NCBI GenBank assembly: GCA_040357565.1
Contig: JBDODJ010000054.1
Length of the DNA stretch: 64,000 nucleotides
Origin: Cercozoa sp. M6MM
Taxonomy: Eukaryota > Protista > Endomyxa: Ascetosporea
Reading direction: 5' to 3' (one strand)
Under the pieces are notes generated by a model. It was not told the DNA's origin, searched no databases, and saw only the letters and a program-made list of their open reading frames with translations. The position numbers and the translations under genes were made by a program. Positions 48,301-61,055 of the stretch are shown here, piece by piece. Positions within the stretch are counted from its first letter, which is position 1. Every line of letters starts with the position of its first letter.

Positions 48301-48989
48301 CTTCTTTCAGTACCGGAGGAACATGCGTTCGAGTCCAATCGATGCCGGTTTGCGTTCGTTTCTGCAGTCGCCTTGCCCACTCGGCTTGTCTTTTCGCCGC
48401 TCGAGCACGAACGCGAGCGGCAGCTTCTCTGGCGGCAAGGAGACGCTTCTCTCTTTGTGTCAAAGGCACCTTAGGCAGCTCTTCGATTTTAGTGGGAACT
48501 TTTTTTGGAGCTGGGAGTGCCTTTTTTGGCAACGCTGGCATGGTAACTGCAGCTGTATACAAAAGTATGGACGGCTGTAAGTATTAGGATTACGTGCATG
48601 TGGTTGAACGACGTACCTGCCACAGCAGGAGCGGGAGGAGGTGTTTTCGCACGTTTCACTGGTCGGCGGAGTGTCACCTTTCGTTGCACCGCTCGCATTG
48701 GCACCGATCTGCTGCGTGCCTTGGCCGAAAGACCCTCTTTCTTGAAAGCGGTTCGCTTCATCTTCTTCTTGGTCGATGAGCGGGACGCTTTCTTTTGAGG
48801 CAACAACGCGGCTTGCGAAGCAAGAACGCTTGTTGTCTCTGGAGGTGCTGGTGCTTTTGCTTGAGTGCGAGTTTTCTTCTTGAGCTTTGGTCTGCGTTTC
48901 AGTTTTCCCTTCTTTTTGGAACGCATTTTCAACACAGCACCACGACCGGGCGGCCCGGTTTTCCCAAGCGGCGGTCGGCGTGGAAGCAT
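39397..48989 (-). CDS. Giant type-II membrane protein with fibronectin type II-like domains, LRRs and Cys-rich (GCC2/GCC3 or ephrin-receptor-like) repeats
   Basis: Basic N-terminus. Single TM KRILILLLVTLILAIAIFALVFWV (~48060-48128). CIFPF..C..WC motifs. Many LxxLxLxxN repeats. CRLCPRGQWS..CTLC and CLPCPANWEC. Long exons join by in-phase GT-AG introns at the junctions checked. Confidence 0.8.
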
Positions 48990-49425
48990 GTGAAACTAAG
49001 CAGTTTACCAGCTTGAAGTGAGCTGTGTATAAATTACCACTCGGACAAAGAAGTTTTCGGCCTTTCGTTCGGCTCGGAACTCGGAAGTTCAAACGGCGGA
49101 ATTCGAAATTGAAATGATGCAACGGAACTGAATCAATCACTCACGACGCAGACGCAAAGGAATTAAAGTAATCTGATCTGGGACTGTTTGAAATAAATCG
49201 CATGGGAAACGAGAGATTGATCCCGGGTGACGTCAGCGGCAACCAACCCAAGGGTGCGCTAAACCGGCTTGAGATAATTTGTTGCGTTGTGATTGCTAGG
49301 AATATTGGTAACACCTAGATTTTGGTTTTTTAGTTCTTGTTCTCGGACGAAATTTAGAACAACGGAACTGAACTAAAAAAACTAAAAGTAAACAAACAAA
49401 CCGGCCGGAATGTGCGTGCATCCAA

Positions 49426-51070
49426 TCAGCCCGAGTGCTGTCCTTGTGAGTCGAGGCGCAGTTGCAGCGTCGCATTTTGATCGCGCAACTCGCAAATCTC
49501 GCGACGCAGTTCGGCTACCAGATCGACATCTTCGCCTGCTTCCTGTCGCCCAAACATCAATGTTTACTTAGGATATTCTGACAGAAAAAATACGAGCGCA
49601 GCAAGTCGGCGCTGCAGCTTGACGCGCGCGACACGTTCGGCGTTGAGTTTTCGTCGCAGTCTGCACATGCGTTGTGTGACTATGCACCAGCGACAGCACA
49701 AGAAGGGTAGAGGAATGCGCTACTCGAGAATTTTCTTTTGTGCCTCGGCACGCGTGGCTGCAACCGACTCGTGCGAGACCTGCGAAAGCACAAATAAAGC
49801 TTAAAGAACAGGCAAATTGTAGGCAAAACGACGACCTGTAACGTCCTCAATTTAGCACTTTGCTCACTAACTTTCGACTGAAAGAAATCTGTGTTCGGGG
49901 CCAAACAAAAAGAGGAAGAAGAAGCAGGGTACTTCAGTTTGTTTCAGCGACTGCTGAAGTGTCACTATCCGTGCCTGCAGTGTTCAACATGTACAAAGTG
50001 GTATGCATCGAACACAAGGAGAGCACCTGTCGCAGTCGCAGCTCATGCTGCTGCTCGTCACACCGACGTCGCAACTCCACGATCTTGCTTCGGCAGCTTT
50101 CACCCGTCTCGCCTATTCCAACAGCGTACAGCCTCTCTCTTTCTTTCTTTCTATGTATATATATAGACATATATAAATGTGTGTACCGCTGATACTTGTG
50201 TCACAAGTGGCACATTCGCCGGCATGCCGGCGTGCCAGCAGTGTGCGCCTGCGTGATTGGGAACGTGACCGGCCTCGGCTCCTGTTTGACACGTGTTAGC
50301 TTGCACTATCACTTCACTCAGTAGAGAAAAAGAAAAGGAACCGAGACAGACTCTCTTCATCTCGGATCCTCTGCTGAATGGCAATGCACTATGAATGAGA
50401 TAAGCACCTCAGCTTGAAGTCAATGTACCTTTGGAGCAGGCTCAAATGCGCTCTTTTGCGTCGCCGCCATGGCGGCAAAGTCGACGTCTACGCATGTGTC
50501 AAAGTGCAAACATAACTCAGGGGTAGTACCAGATACCATGATCAGAAACGAGAGCTTCGAACGGGTTGGCGGTGCTTGAACTCTTGCTTCCTGTGGAGAA
50601 ATGAAAGCTGTTACAGCAGCACATCACCACGAAAAAAAAAAAACAACGCTACCGTCAGCCAGCATGTCGTTTAATGAGGTGACTCCACCTGGGCCCAGGA
50701 CGAAGCATCGGCATAAAATCAAGACAGAAAGCACAAAAAACGCACATCTCAGAGCATGCCCCACTGAGCGCCTTCGCTTGCCGTTTCGTGGCTGCACAGT
50801 CAATTTTAAATTACTACTTTGCGTAGGTGGAAAGCACGTATATGCACGGTACAGTCGAGGGCAAGTGAGCAAACGGGGCGGGAGTTGCCTTGGCACTGCT
50901 TGCCACGGCTAGGCCGCCACGCTGACCCACCGAGCGCGCGCGCTGCCTCAACGAGGTCTGCGAGCCTCGCGGCAGACCAGATGCCGATCTGCCAAACCCA
51001 AAATTGCCACAGGCACTACCCAGATGCCAGGTGTATGGATGTGTACTCAACAAAGGTACCTCTGTTGCAT
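49426..51070 (-). CDS. Hypothetical coiled-coil protein
   Basis: Short exons KIVELRRRCDEQQHELRLRQ|ARIVTLQQSLKQTE|...LVAELRREICELRDQNATLQLRLDSQGQHSG*. Start approximate. Confidence 0.6.
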
Positions 51071-51220
51071 GCACCGATCCCTAAATTACATCCAAAGGAA
51101 AATGTGCTTTTTCAAGCTCCTGGACCAAAAAAGCGTTTGCTGTAATTTACAGTTATTTGGCCGAGCAAACAAGAGTGTGTTATCCACTAGACAGAAGAGG
51201 AGTCCCATAGCCAACTTGTC

Positions 51221-51891
51221 ATGAGGACTGCACTTGTAAGCTCTTTCCACGAGCAAGCCAGCTTGTGCCGAAGTCTTGGGGCGCCTTTACTGTCGGACAC
51301 CTTGTCATATGTGACTTTCATTCGTGAACATTTTTTTCGACTGCATTACTCACCGAAGCACATGGTGCATGTGCGTTTGAAATCCAGGCGGCACATGCGA
51401 TGCAAGTTGGATGTGTAGAAGGTGACTTCTTGTGGAGACTTTTGGGGCCTTACCTGCCAACGTAAAAAAACTATGAACGTGCCCTCCTGTAATAATATCA
51501 CAGCTTTCGCGTAGACAAGAACGCCTGCGGGCGTCGCGACCTGTGAGAATAGATGCTCTTTGACTTGTCCTTTATAGGTGGGAAACTTAGGCACTGCGCT
51601 GGTCAGCGGCGTGGCACTACGGCGCGCTGGCTCAGCACGAAGGAGCCCATGAACTGCGCGCACTCCTTCCCACCTGTGGACACTTTGAGTCGGTACATTT
51701 GCACTTATCTCGTTGTTTAGTATCTAGAGCACAGCGAAATATGGCTCACAGGTAGAAGGCAGACAAGTTGTGCTCGCTGCCCATTCGTACCTCCGAACAG
51801 ATCAAGGTCGACGCGTTTTGGAGCGTTTTATGCAGCGTTCGGTTCCTCAGGTGAGTCAGAGTGTTCACACACACAAACACACACACACACA

Positions 51892-51947
<56 letters not shown>

Positions 51948-53031
51948 CTAGTGAGCAAACTCACATACTGAGGCACTCGAGAGCAGACCAATGAGGTCGG
52001 TCGCAGTGTTGGATTTGTGCTCGGCATGCAGAGGATTCAGCGCTACCTGCGCGAGGTGGAAGGCTACACGGGGCCCATCCGTGTGCGCGAAATCGGCAGT
52101 AGGTGCTTTCAATTGCCCTCTCTCTAATCACCCGTATTGCTTAGCCTACCACTGCCTGATTGTGTTTGCTTTCTCCCAGTGCGGGTTTGTGTATGCTACT
52201 GCCGCACATCCAGTACCGTCTCCACAATGAGCACTCCAGTGTCACTCTGGGAGACCCTGACAGCGAACTTGTTCTGGAGAGCCATGTTACTGGTATCGAA
52301 AATGTGGATGTTACGATATGGAAGTGATGGTATACATGGGTATTGCCGTGTTTGATACAGGAGACACTGCCAAAGTCACCGACTTTCTTCAGTCGTGTGA
52401 GTGGTTTGAGTGTGAGAGTGTACAAGGATGCGACCTGCAACCTGTCGTCTTGGACGAGAAGGGCAAGCGAACACTTCGAGCTTTCGTTTGGCCAGATGAG
52501 TATGAACGAATGCAGCGACTGGTGCTTTTTTCTGTCTGACTGGGTTTCAGTTCAAAATTGTGCCAGTGTACTGGTACCCATTTTCATTGGCACAGGAGAA
52601 GGCGATGGACTTGATGACTGCTCTGCATCCGATTCAAGACAGCGAGATCGTGCAAACCTGTGACGCTGCCGATTTCACGCGAGCACAAGTGACATTGCAC
52701 CAGCAGCAGCAACGGCAAGACCGTGTGCCTCTTGTTTTCTGCCACTCTGTCGTCGCGGAATGTTTGTTTAGTTTGCGTCGTCATGAAAACACCGAATGAA
52801 GGCAATTTGTGCTGTCTGGCAGACTTTGACGACGAGACTGAGGCCCAAGTCGCTGCCTGTGTGTCGAATTCGACCCAAGTGTTTCGAATCGCGGTGGAAC
52901 GGTCGAGTCGAGACCAGGTGCCGCTTGATATCACCGTGACTGGACACAAGAACTTCCTGCGTTGGAGTGACTCTGCGAACTGCTCGCGCCTGCAGATGAA
53001 CACGCGCGGCACCGCATGTGCGGTGTTGTAG
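51221..53031 (+). CDS. DUF2332-family protein (bacterial-type, methyltransferase-like fold) with spliceosomal introns
   Basis: FHEQASLCRSLGAP, LRWSAAWH..L..LLPTCG, PQ|TNEVGRS, REIGSS|AGL, GCDLQP, LRAFVWPDEYERMQRL|EKA. Confidence 0.8.
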
Positions 53032-53221
53032 GGCTTCGCTTACCGTAGCAGTAGATAATTAGCTCCTTGTAGTTTAGTTATTGTACCGTCAAGTCGAGTT
53101 ACGCACCGTAGGGGTGCCTTTTGCGCAAACTCACTGTGGTCGGTCAAAAAGAGATCAGGTACCTTTTGCACAGACCCGACGTGGCACGAGGCCTAAATCA
53201 TGGAACCTTTTGCACAATACA

Positions 53222-54558
53222 ATGACAGCAACAAAGAGATTGTACGACATTGCCATTCGTTGTGAGCGTAAGTGCAACGTGTGTCCACAAAACGCGCGTG
53301 TTGTCGCAAACAACTCGACCGGCGTGCTCGGTCGCCGGTTCTATTTCCTGTTGCTGGGAGCGCCAGGATCATGCTGCGATCATTCGAAGTGACAGATGAC
53401 GACGCGGCTGTGCCTGCCAGTGATGATGAGGAGGCAATCAGCGCAGCAGACCCTTTCGAGATCGACATTGGTGTTCCCGACAGGCCAACCCTGACAGTAC
53501 CAACCTCTCCGTGCCGAAACATTGCGCTGACGCATGTTTTATTTCTCTGGTAGTTGTCCAGAAGTAAGGTCAAAGCGCGGGTGAGACTGTCAACCGTTGT
53601 GGTGACGTTCTTACCGGCCGGCTTTCTCTACATCGTCGCGTACGCTACCAAATACGTACTACTTCCTTTCAGCTAGCGCTGAGCTACTCGTGTAATTATC
53701 AACACACGCAACAGTGGCTGATAAACATCATGGCCGCCTGCGTCAGCTTGTTGGTGATGCTTTACTTTCGGACCGTCATCATACGAACGCGTCGTGCAAG
53801 TGTAAGATGTTACCGCAGCACTTTTCGCTCAACAGTGCACAGAAGCGTTTTTCATACTGTGGCACTCCTACAGGTGTACGCAGAGAAGGCAGGTGTGCGT
53901 GCCACTTACGGTGGACTCTTCGGCTACACGCTGAACTTGATCGTTGGCATGGTCGGCGCTTACTTTCTGTGCGCACACCGGCAGCAGAATATCATGATCC
54001 GACGAGTCATTCCCAGTGTGCGCTCTGTACTTCCTTCGTCAGTATATCCGGGTCCCTACATTGGTACTACACTGCCGAAATACTAGTGTACGCGAGTGCC
54101 AATAAATATGCCCAACTGCAGCACAAATGCCATCGGATGTGATGGTCGACAGCAAAGTCGCGGCGCGTGCGTGGTTCAGTGATGTCGGCGTCTGCGTCGC
54201 TCCCTTGTTTCGGCAGCAAGACGACCGTTCAGAACTGTTTTCGAATTTCTTCGTCGTCTACGACAGGGACAACGACATCGATCATTTGTGCACCGATCCT
54301 CTCGACACTGCCGAGTGGCTGTTCGACCTGTACCAAATACACCAGCAAGAACGAGAGGTAGCGCTCTCTTTTACCAGATCGTGGGGAGTTAAAGATTACG
54401 TGTGTGTGTGTGTGTGTGTCTGTGTGTGTCTGTGTGTCTGTGTGTCTGTGTGTCTGTGTGTCTGTGTGCGAGTTTCTGTGTGTGTCTGTGTGTGCCTGTG
54501 TGTGTCTGTGTGTCTGTGTCTGTGTGTGTGTGTGTGTGTGTGCGTGTGTGTATGTGTC

Positions 54559-54607
<49 letters not shown>

Positions 54608-54621
54608 GTGTNNNNNNNNNN

Positions 54622-54664
<43 letters not shown>

Positions 54665-55345
54665 GTGTGTGCGCGCGTGTGCGTGCAGGCAACGGGCGAC
54701 ACAGAGTACCTTGCATACGAAGGCAAGTACCCAACTCTCGCCACTGCTGTGAGTCCCCCCATATCCTGTCAGGTGTCTTAAGATGTCTGTTAATATTGTT
54801 GTGTTCCAACAGGCAGCGTATCGGGTGGCAGCGAAATACAAATTGTCAATACATGGGCCTCCTAATCTAGTACGACTCAACTCACGTTGTTCCTATGTAG
54901 TTATCCCTGACATTCCCTTATACACAGTTGGACCCACGAAGACCACGCGATGTTCAAGATGCCCGAAAAGTCGTCTTCACGGGTACACCTGTGTTCATTG
55001 AATATTCTGCGTGTCCATCGAGAGCACGCATTGCTGTTTGCTGTCGCAGCATTGATCATGTTGAGTGTCGTGGTGTCGCTACTCGCGGGCATCATGGTCT
55101 ACGAGGGTCGCCGTGCACTGTCGCTTCTGACCGATTGCGTACACACGCACATCGTGATTCGACACCTGCCGGTGGACTGGCGTGTCGATGTGTTCACGCT
55201 GCTGTTCCGCTTGAAGCGACGCGTGCTCTACAACAAGTGGAGAGAGGTCTTCTACCGCTTCGATATGCGCAACCCCTTTGGAACCGACGCCATCTGCTAC
55301 GATCCTGTCGAACGTCGCCGGGCACCGACAGACTGTCAGCGGTGA
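53222..55345 (+). CDS. Hypothetical multi-pass membrane protein
   Basis: Hydrophobic exons [13 protein letters not shown]|[49 protein letters not shown]. Start and some junctions uncertain. Confidence 0.5.
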
Positions 55346-55779
55346 ACAAAGCAAAAACTCAGTCGAAGCGGTTCGCGCCAATGCGTCCACGTCTTGTGAT
55401 GACCACTCACAATCTTTAACTAAGGTCGATCTCGTCCCGGTCCCTGTCCCGTCCTTTCCGCCACGCTCTCTCCCACTGTTGCAATTTAGTCTGTTTTATT
55501 TATTTCCTTCCCATATCGTATGAAGACTGTACGCAATACAGTATCAAGCATTGAATTGAATTATATGTTAACTACTAACGTAACCCTGACCAGCTGTGTA
55601 CTGCGTGACTGCTCTACTGTACTGCGCTGATCAAGCAACGCAACCCGACGCGACTGGAAAAGCACTGATCCAGCAGCACACGACCGGACCGGACGGGGGG
55701 GGGGGGGGGGGGGGGGACAGCGCAGGCGGCACTTGAGTATGTGTCACGGTGTCTATATTTTTCCTCGCCCACCTGCTCG

Positions 55780-56224
55780 CTACTGTCGTTTCATTTTGCG
55801 CAGGTAACCACGCGAGGTGTGCGTCACGAGGCCCTGCTGTTCGAGGAGTTGCAGGCGCTGCTGCAGAACGGCGGGCGTGATGGCGTTGGCATCGGCGCAC
55901 ACCAGCGGGTCGCTCGCCAGCAGCGACAGCAAGAGCGAGTGCACCTGTCCAAGCTGACAGGTACAAAAGACAAGGAGAGGGACATAGAAAGGGTTACCTG
56001 AGGCAGCTGACGTGCCTGGAAGCTGGTGAGTGCGCCCACAATGTAGGCCGAGAGTTTCGCCTCGTTGGATTCCCTGTTGTCGTCGCCGCTATCGGACGTA
56101 TCGGTTGAAGAGGCGGCGTGCAACCTGCCATCGATGGTTTCGTGACCCAGCAGTGCACACTGTCGCAGCACTCGGAGTTCCTCCTGCCACGTCTGCGCCG
56201 TGCGTATCCTCTCCTGTCACATAG

Positions 56225-56271
<47 letters not shown>

Positions 56272-59200
56272 AGGGATACATACAGGTCATAGTATTATGA
56301 GCAGACACACTCAACAGTACCTCGCCTAGAACGACGCCACGCATACGCCAGAACGTCAGCGACTGCCGCAGCATCGGTCGGGAAGACTCCTCAATGCTGA
56401 GCGATCGGGCAAGCTCATCCTCGGTCGTATCCTATACAGGCAGGGGGAGGGGGTAAAGAGGGCAAAGAGGGTAAGCAGTTGAGATTGTACACGCTGCAGC
56501 TGCAGAATTGCCATGAGAGACCACAGCACTGCTGCCGTCAGCGGCCGCACCTGCACTCAGGAAAAATAAGGAGAGTGAAGGGGTAAAACTGCAAGGAACT
56601 ACCTGCAAAGCGAAGCAGTAGACGTCATTATCGTTGTTGTTGACATTGTTGTTGTTGTTATTGTTGTTGTGCAAGGTGGCACTCGTGTTGAGAGTGCCGT
56701 TGTGCAACAAGGAAACCTCGGTGAGATCCATGTCGAGCCGCATCGTCGTTTCGGCCTCATCCTCTTCATCGGACTGTTCTGTCTCCACTCTGTACGGACA
56801 CGCGTGTAGGTCTAAACGCCAGCATATAGAGAGTGGCGAAAGGGGAGACCGGTGCGCGCGCAGTGTGCATAAGTCCAACTGCACGTGTACAGCGCCTGCG
56901 TCACGCCAGCGCAGATGTCGTCCCGCCTGCTGCTGCTCCAGTTGTCGCGCCAGGTCCTAATAAGCAGGGATACAGGGGGGGGGGGGGGCCCTAAATAAAA
57001 GTAAAGTATCTGACCGTACATGAAAGTAACGCTCAAGCACAGGCGGGAAACGCCAATGCATGTCGCTGCCGTAGTCAGCTATACTAACAGGGTTGCTCGG
57101 GGTAGAAGGGAGACACAGAGACGAGACATTGAGAGCGACACCGTCACGTGGCAGGTCACCAACGACCTCGTCCTCGGCTTCGTCATCGTCGTCATCGGCA
57201 CCTCCGTCAAGCAGCAGCTGCGGCCACACCGTGCGCGACAGCAGCAGCGCTGAAAACGGCGTCTGATTCTCTGTAACACACACACACACACACACACCAC
57301 ACACACACACACACACCACACACACACACCAGATACAATAAGGGTAACGGGGGGGGGGGTAGATACCCTGCTTCCTGCGCAGTCGATCGCTGTCGTCAAT
57401 GTCACGCAGCATGCTGTCATGGAGAGGGGGTAACATCACAAGTTCGAGTATGGAAGAAACGCGCACCCGTCCAGTTGATTCAGCGCGGACGACCCGAGTC
57501 GTCGTGCCAGCAACTGACGCATCTCGCGTGCTTGCTCCTTCGCATGTGGCGACATTTCACTCCCCCCTCTTACTCTTCACTTTACCTCCCCCCCCGCGAG
57601 TGAGTGAGTACCGTGTCGAAGAAGGAGGATCGCTGTAGAATGGGCGGCGCCACCTGCTTGTCCCGGGTGGCGCTGTCAGTGTCACCGTCAGTGTCACCGT
57701 CAGTGTCGCCGTTAGTGTCACCGTCAGCGATATAACTAATGACACCGTTATTGGCTTTGTCAGTGGCATTAACGGTGTCAACCGGCGGCAGTGTGGGCGG
57801 TGTGACACGCAGCAATTCCAATCCCAAAAAGCGGTGGATCTACACAGCAGTCTTTTACCCCCTCCACTACCCCAGTTACCCCCCCCCCGTTACCTCAGGC
57901 AGCAGCTGCGTGCGCGTGGCCAGCGAGAACAGCACGGCGGCGATGTCGGCATCGATCGTGCTGCGGTTCTCCTCTTCCCGATCGTCATCGTCCCTCTCGG
58001 ACTGCTCAGCTGCGCTGCTTGCGCTCGGACGCCAAGACAACAGTGCATTCAGCTGCATACGTGAGGGGTAAATAAGGAGAAAAGGGGGTGCAGAAGGAGT
58101 AAACAGGGGGCAAAGAGTAAACAGGGGGCGAAGAGGGAGTAAACAGGGAGTTGGGGAAGCAAAATAGTCAAGCTACCGACTTGAAGGCCGCGAAAACGTC
58201 GTCAGCTTCAGCAGCGGCATCGGCACGAAGCAGCCAATCCACATTGATCTCAGTTGGCTACAATGCGTACAAACAATGGTACACGTAGACCTACTGGGAC
58301 ACAAAACCGACAGTGCCCACAGTTAGTACCTGTTCAGACGTGCCACGCTCCGCACGACGCCAGTGCTGCCAATGTTCGCCTGGAAAGATGGTAGTGGGAG
58401 AGGGTAAAGGAGTATAAACATCTGCACCTAGCAGAAGCGACACAACAGCTTGTGCCGTGCCTTCGCGTTTCTCCTGTCGACACACAGCACCAGACAAACA
58501 TCCAAACAACTTGTTGTCAATGTGGGAATGTGTGCGAGTACGAGGTGCGCCCGCAGCAGCGGAACGACGCGCTGTCGCAGCGAGAGAACCACGTGTTCCG
58601 TCGGGTCGTCGCCTGTCCTGGCATCTGTCAGTCAGTCACAGAGATCAGTGCCAATCCCAGTACCGGTGTCAGTCAAAGAGACAGTCAGAGAGACTAGCAC
58701 ACGTGCTACCAGAGGAGTGACCGCTGTCCTCGAGAAACGTTAGTGCGCGCAGCAGTCGGACGCACGCGCGGACTGCCTTCTTGGCGTCTGCACCGAGTTT
58801 TCGCGGTCAGACGTATAATTAAGTCCAAGAGTTCAAAGTGCAGTGTCGTAAAACGCACCAGTGTGACCGAGCACATGTTGCGACAGTTGCGATCGCACGT
58901 GCGACAGCAGCAGCGCACGTGCCGAGTCGCCAGTAAGTTCGCGCGTTTCGCCTCTACACATACACAAAATGAAGGGAGGAGAAATGGGCGCGCGGGGGGG
59001 GGGTAAGAACACACCCCGAGTCGAGCAGTAGCAGGATACTTCGAATATCTTGCAAAAAATGACGTGCTTCTCTGTACGATGCAGAGGGTAGAGAGTCGGG
59101 AAGGGTAAAGGGGGTAAATGAGTAACGATTTCAAAGAAGTACCGCTGCGGGAAAGCAACGCAGGCAGCACACAGCGACGGCGCACGCACACGCAGAAAAC

Positions 59201-59544
59201 AGGAGCGCGCGTGTGCCAAAACACGGCGCAGCAGCGGTATTTCTGTGTTCATCAAGGGTAGGGAATGTGTGCACCAGGGATAAGGTATGCAAGGAAGGGT
59301 CAAAGGGAGGGGCGAGAAGGCAAAGTACTCTCTGCTTGAAGCACGGTGAGTACACACAACTGCTGCGCAAAGCGTGCACTGTCGAGAGAGAAGAGATCGC
59401 CGGCGACACTGTCGGAGCGCCCCAGCACGAGAGAGTGCAGCCAGAGCAGTGTCACTCGCATCGTCGTGCGCAGCAGCACGGGCAGACGTGGCGTCTGCTG
59501 CGCCCACTGCGACACATGTCGCTGCAGCACTCGCCGCACTATCT

Positions 59545-59595
<51 letters not shown>

Positions 59596-59605
59596 NNNNN
59601 NNNNN

Positions 59606-59654
<49 letters not shown>

Positions 59655-60743
59655 TATCATACCCTTACCCGATACCCTACGCGCTTACCTCCTCAAGAGG
59701 CGTGCAGAACATGAGTTGTAGCGACGATAGTGACACACAGGAACTCGAGAGTAGTCCTACCAGGTCCAGTAATTAGACAAGGACAGAGAGAGTACACACA
59801 GACAGTGGTACCCAACACCGACAGACGCTGCAGGAGTGCCGCCACCTGCTGGATTCGCGGGTCGCTGTCCAAGCACACAAGCACGTGTTGCACCGAACCG
59901 ATCGATAGGTCCTGTGTCGACAACAGGCTTCTGTCAGCGACGTCGGTGAGGAGTGTCTTGTCCCACGCCGACACGTCCAGCAGCGAGTACTCTGTGCGGT
60001 CTACTCTTGCGCACACAGGGCATGGTACAAGGTAGAGTGATATACAAAGGGTACAAGGTGGGTATGGCCAAGTGGGTATGGCCAGGTGGACGGATGGTAC
60101 AATGTAGAGTGATAGACAAAGGATATACTGTGCGGATGGAGACCGCAGCAATGCTGCTGGTAGAGTGCGACCGTGCGACGCAAGGGCGCGTCCAAACACA
60201 ACTCGAGCGCGGCGCGGTGCAGCGAAGGGAGCGGCGGCAAAAGCACGCTGCGCACCGTCGCATCCACACGCGACTCGCAGTACTCGCTGAGACCTGCCTC
60301 TACTTTCGTATCCACAACATCAACAACGTAGCTGCACCATCCACTGAAGTAGAGCACAGACAGACGCACCTGCTGCAATTCGCAACAAGCGTCTGCGTGG
60401 CTCGGCCAGTTCACCCACCAGCGTGTCTGCCAGTGCCTGCAGGCATCCGCACAAGCATGCGTGTATAGCTTGCAACTCAGATATGTGCAAAATAGATGGA
60501 CACACAAAGGTACCGTCAGTTGGGTGACGGCACTGAGTTCTAGTTCGGCCAGCGAAACGTCCTGGTCATCGACCGCCTTGGCGAACGCAATGCCGCGACG
60601 GTGACTTCGAGCGGTTGAGGCGAAACGCTCGCACAGATCGTCGACAGCGGCCACTTTTGAGGTGCTTTGCCCTGTGGGTACTCTAATCTCGGGTCGTGAG
60701 TCCTCAAAGAAAAGCACAGGGTACCACGTGAGTGCAGATCCAT
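55780..60743 (-). CDS. ANAPC2: Anaphase-promoting complex subunit 2 (cullin-homology), divergent
   Basis: REGTAQAVVSLL, SMLRDIDDSDRL, LLSRTVWPQL, RHLRWRDAGAVHVQL, YIVGALTSF..LGQVHSLL..LQQRLQLLEQQGLV (APC2 C-terminal winged helix). Confidence 0.72.
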
Positions 60744-61055
60744 GCCAGCAAAGCACAGCAACAAAGGTCCAAAAGATCTCGTCTGCCTCCACTAAGCCGG
60801 CTTCCTGACAACGCTAACGGACTTCAAATGATATATAACCACCTCAGCGCGCACTAATGCAGTGTTTATACGACAGTTGCTTTTTGGCCAAGCTTGTTGG
60901 AGTGTCGGGTGCGGGCAGTTTTTTTGAATTTTCATTCGTCGTTTGAATACCAAGGGCGACAATCGTGCAAGAAACGCTAAATTAGGTGTTAATTTCACTG
61001 TTTTGTGGCAAAGACGACCTCTAAGACGCTTGAAGTAGGGCTACGGGGTCAGAGC

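Noticed and set aside
39397-48989. Stop-codon reassignment or frameshifting to explain broken ORFs
   Set aside because: Every break I examined is resolved by an in-phase GT-AG intron, including one of only ~41 nt near 43360-43400. TAA, TAG and TGA all terminate genes.
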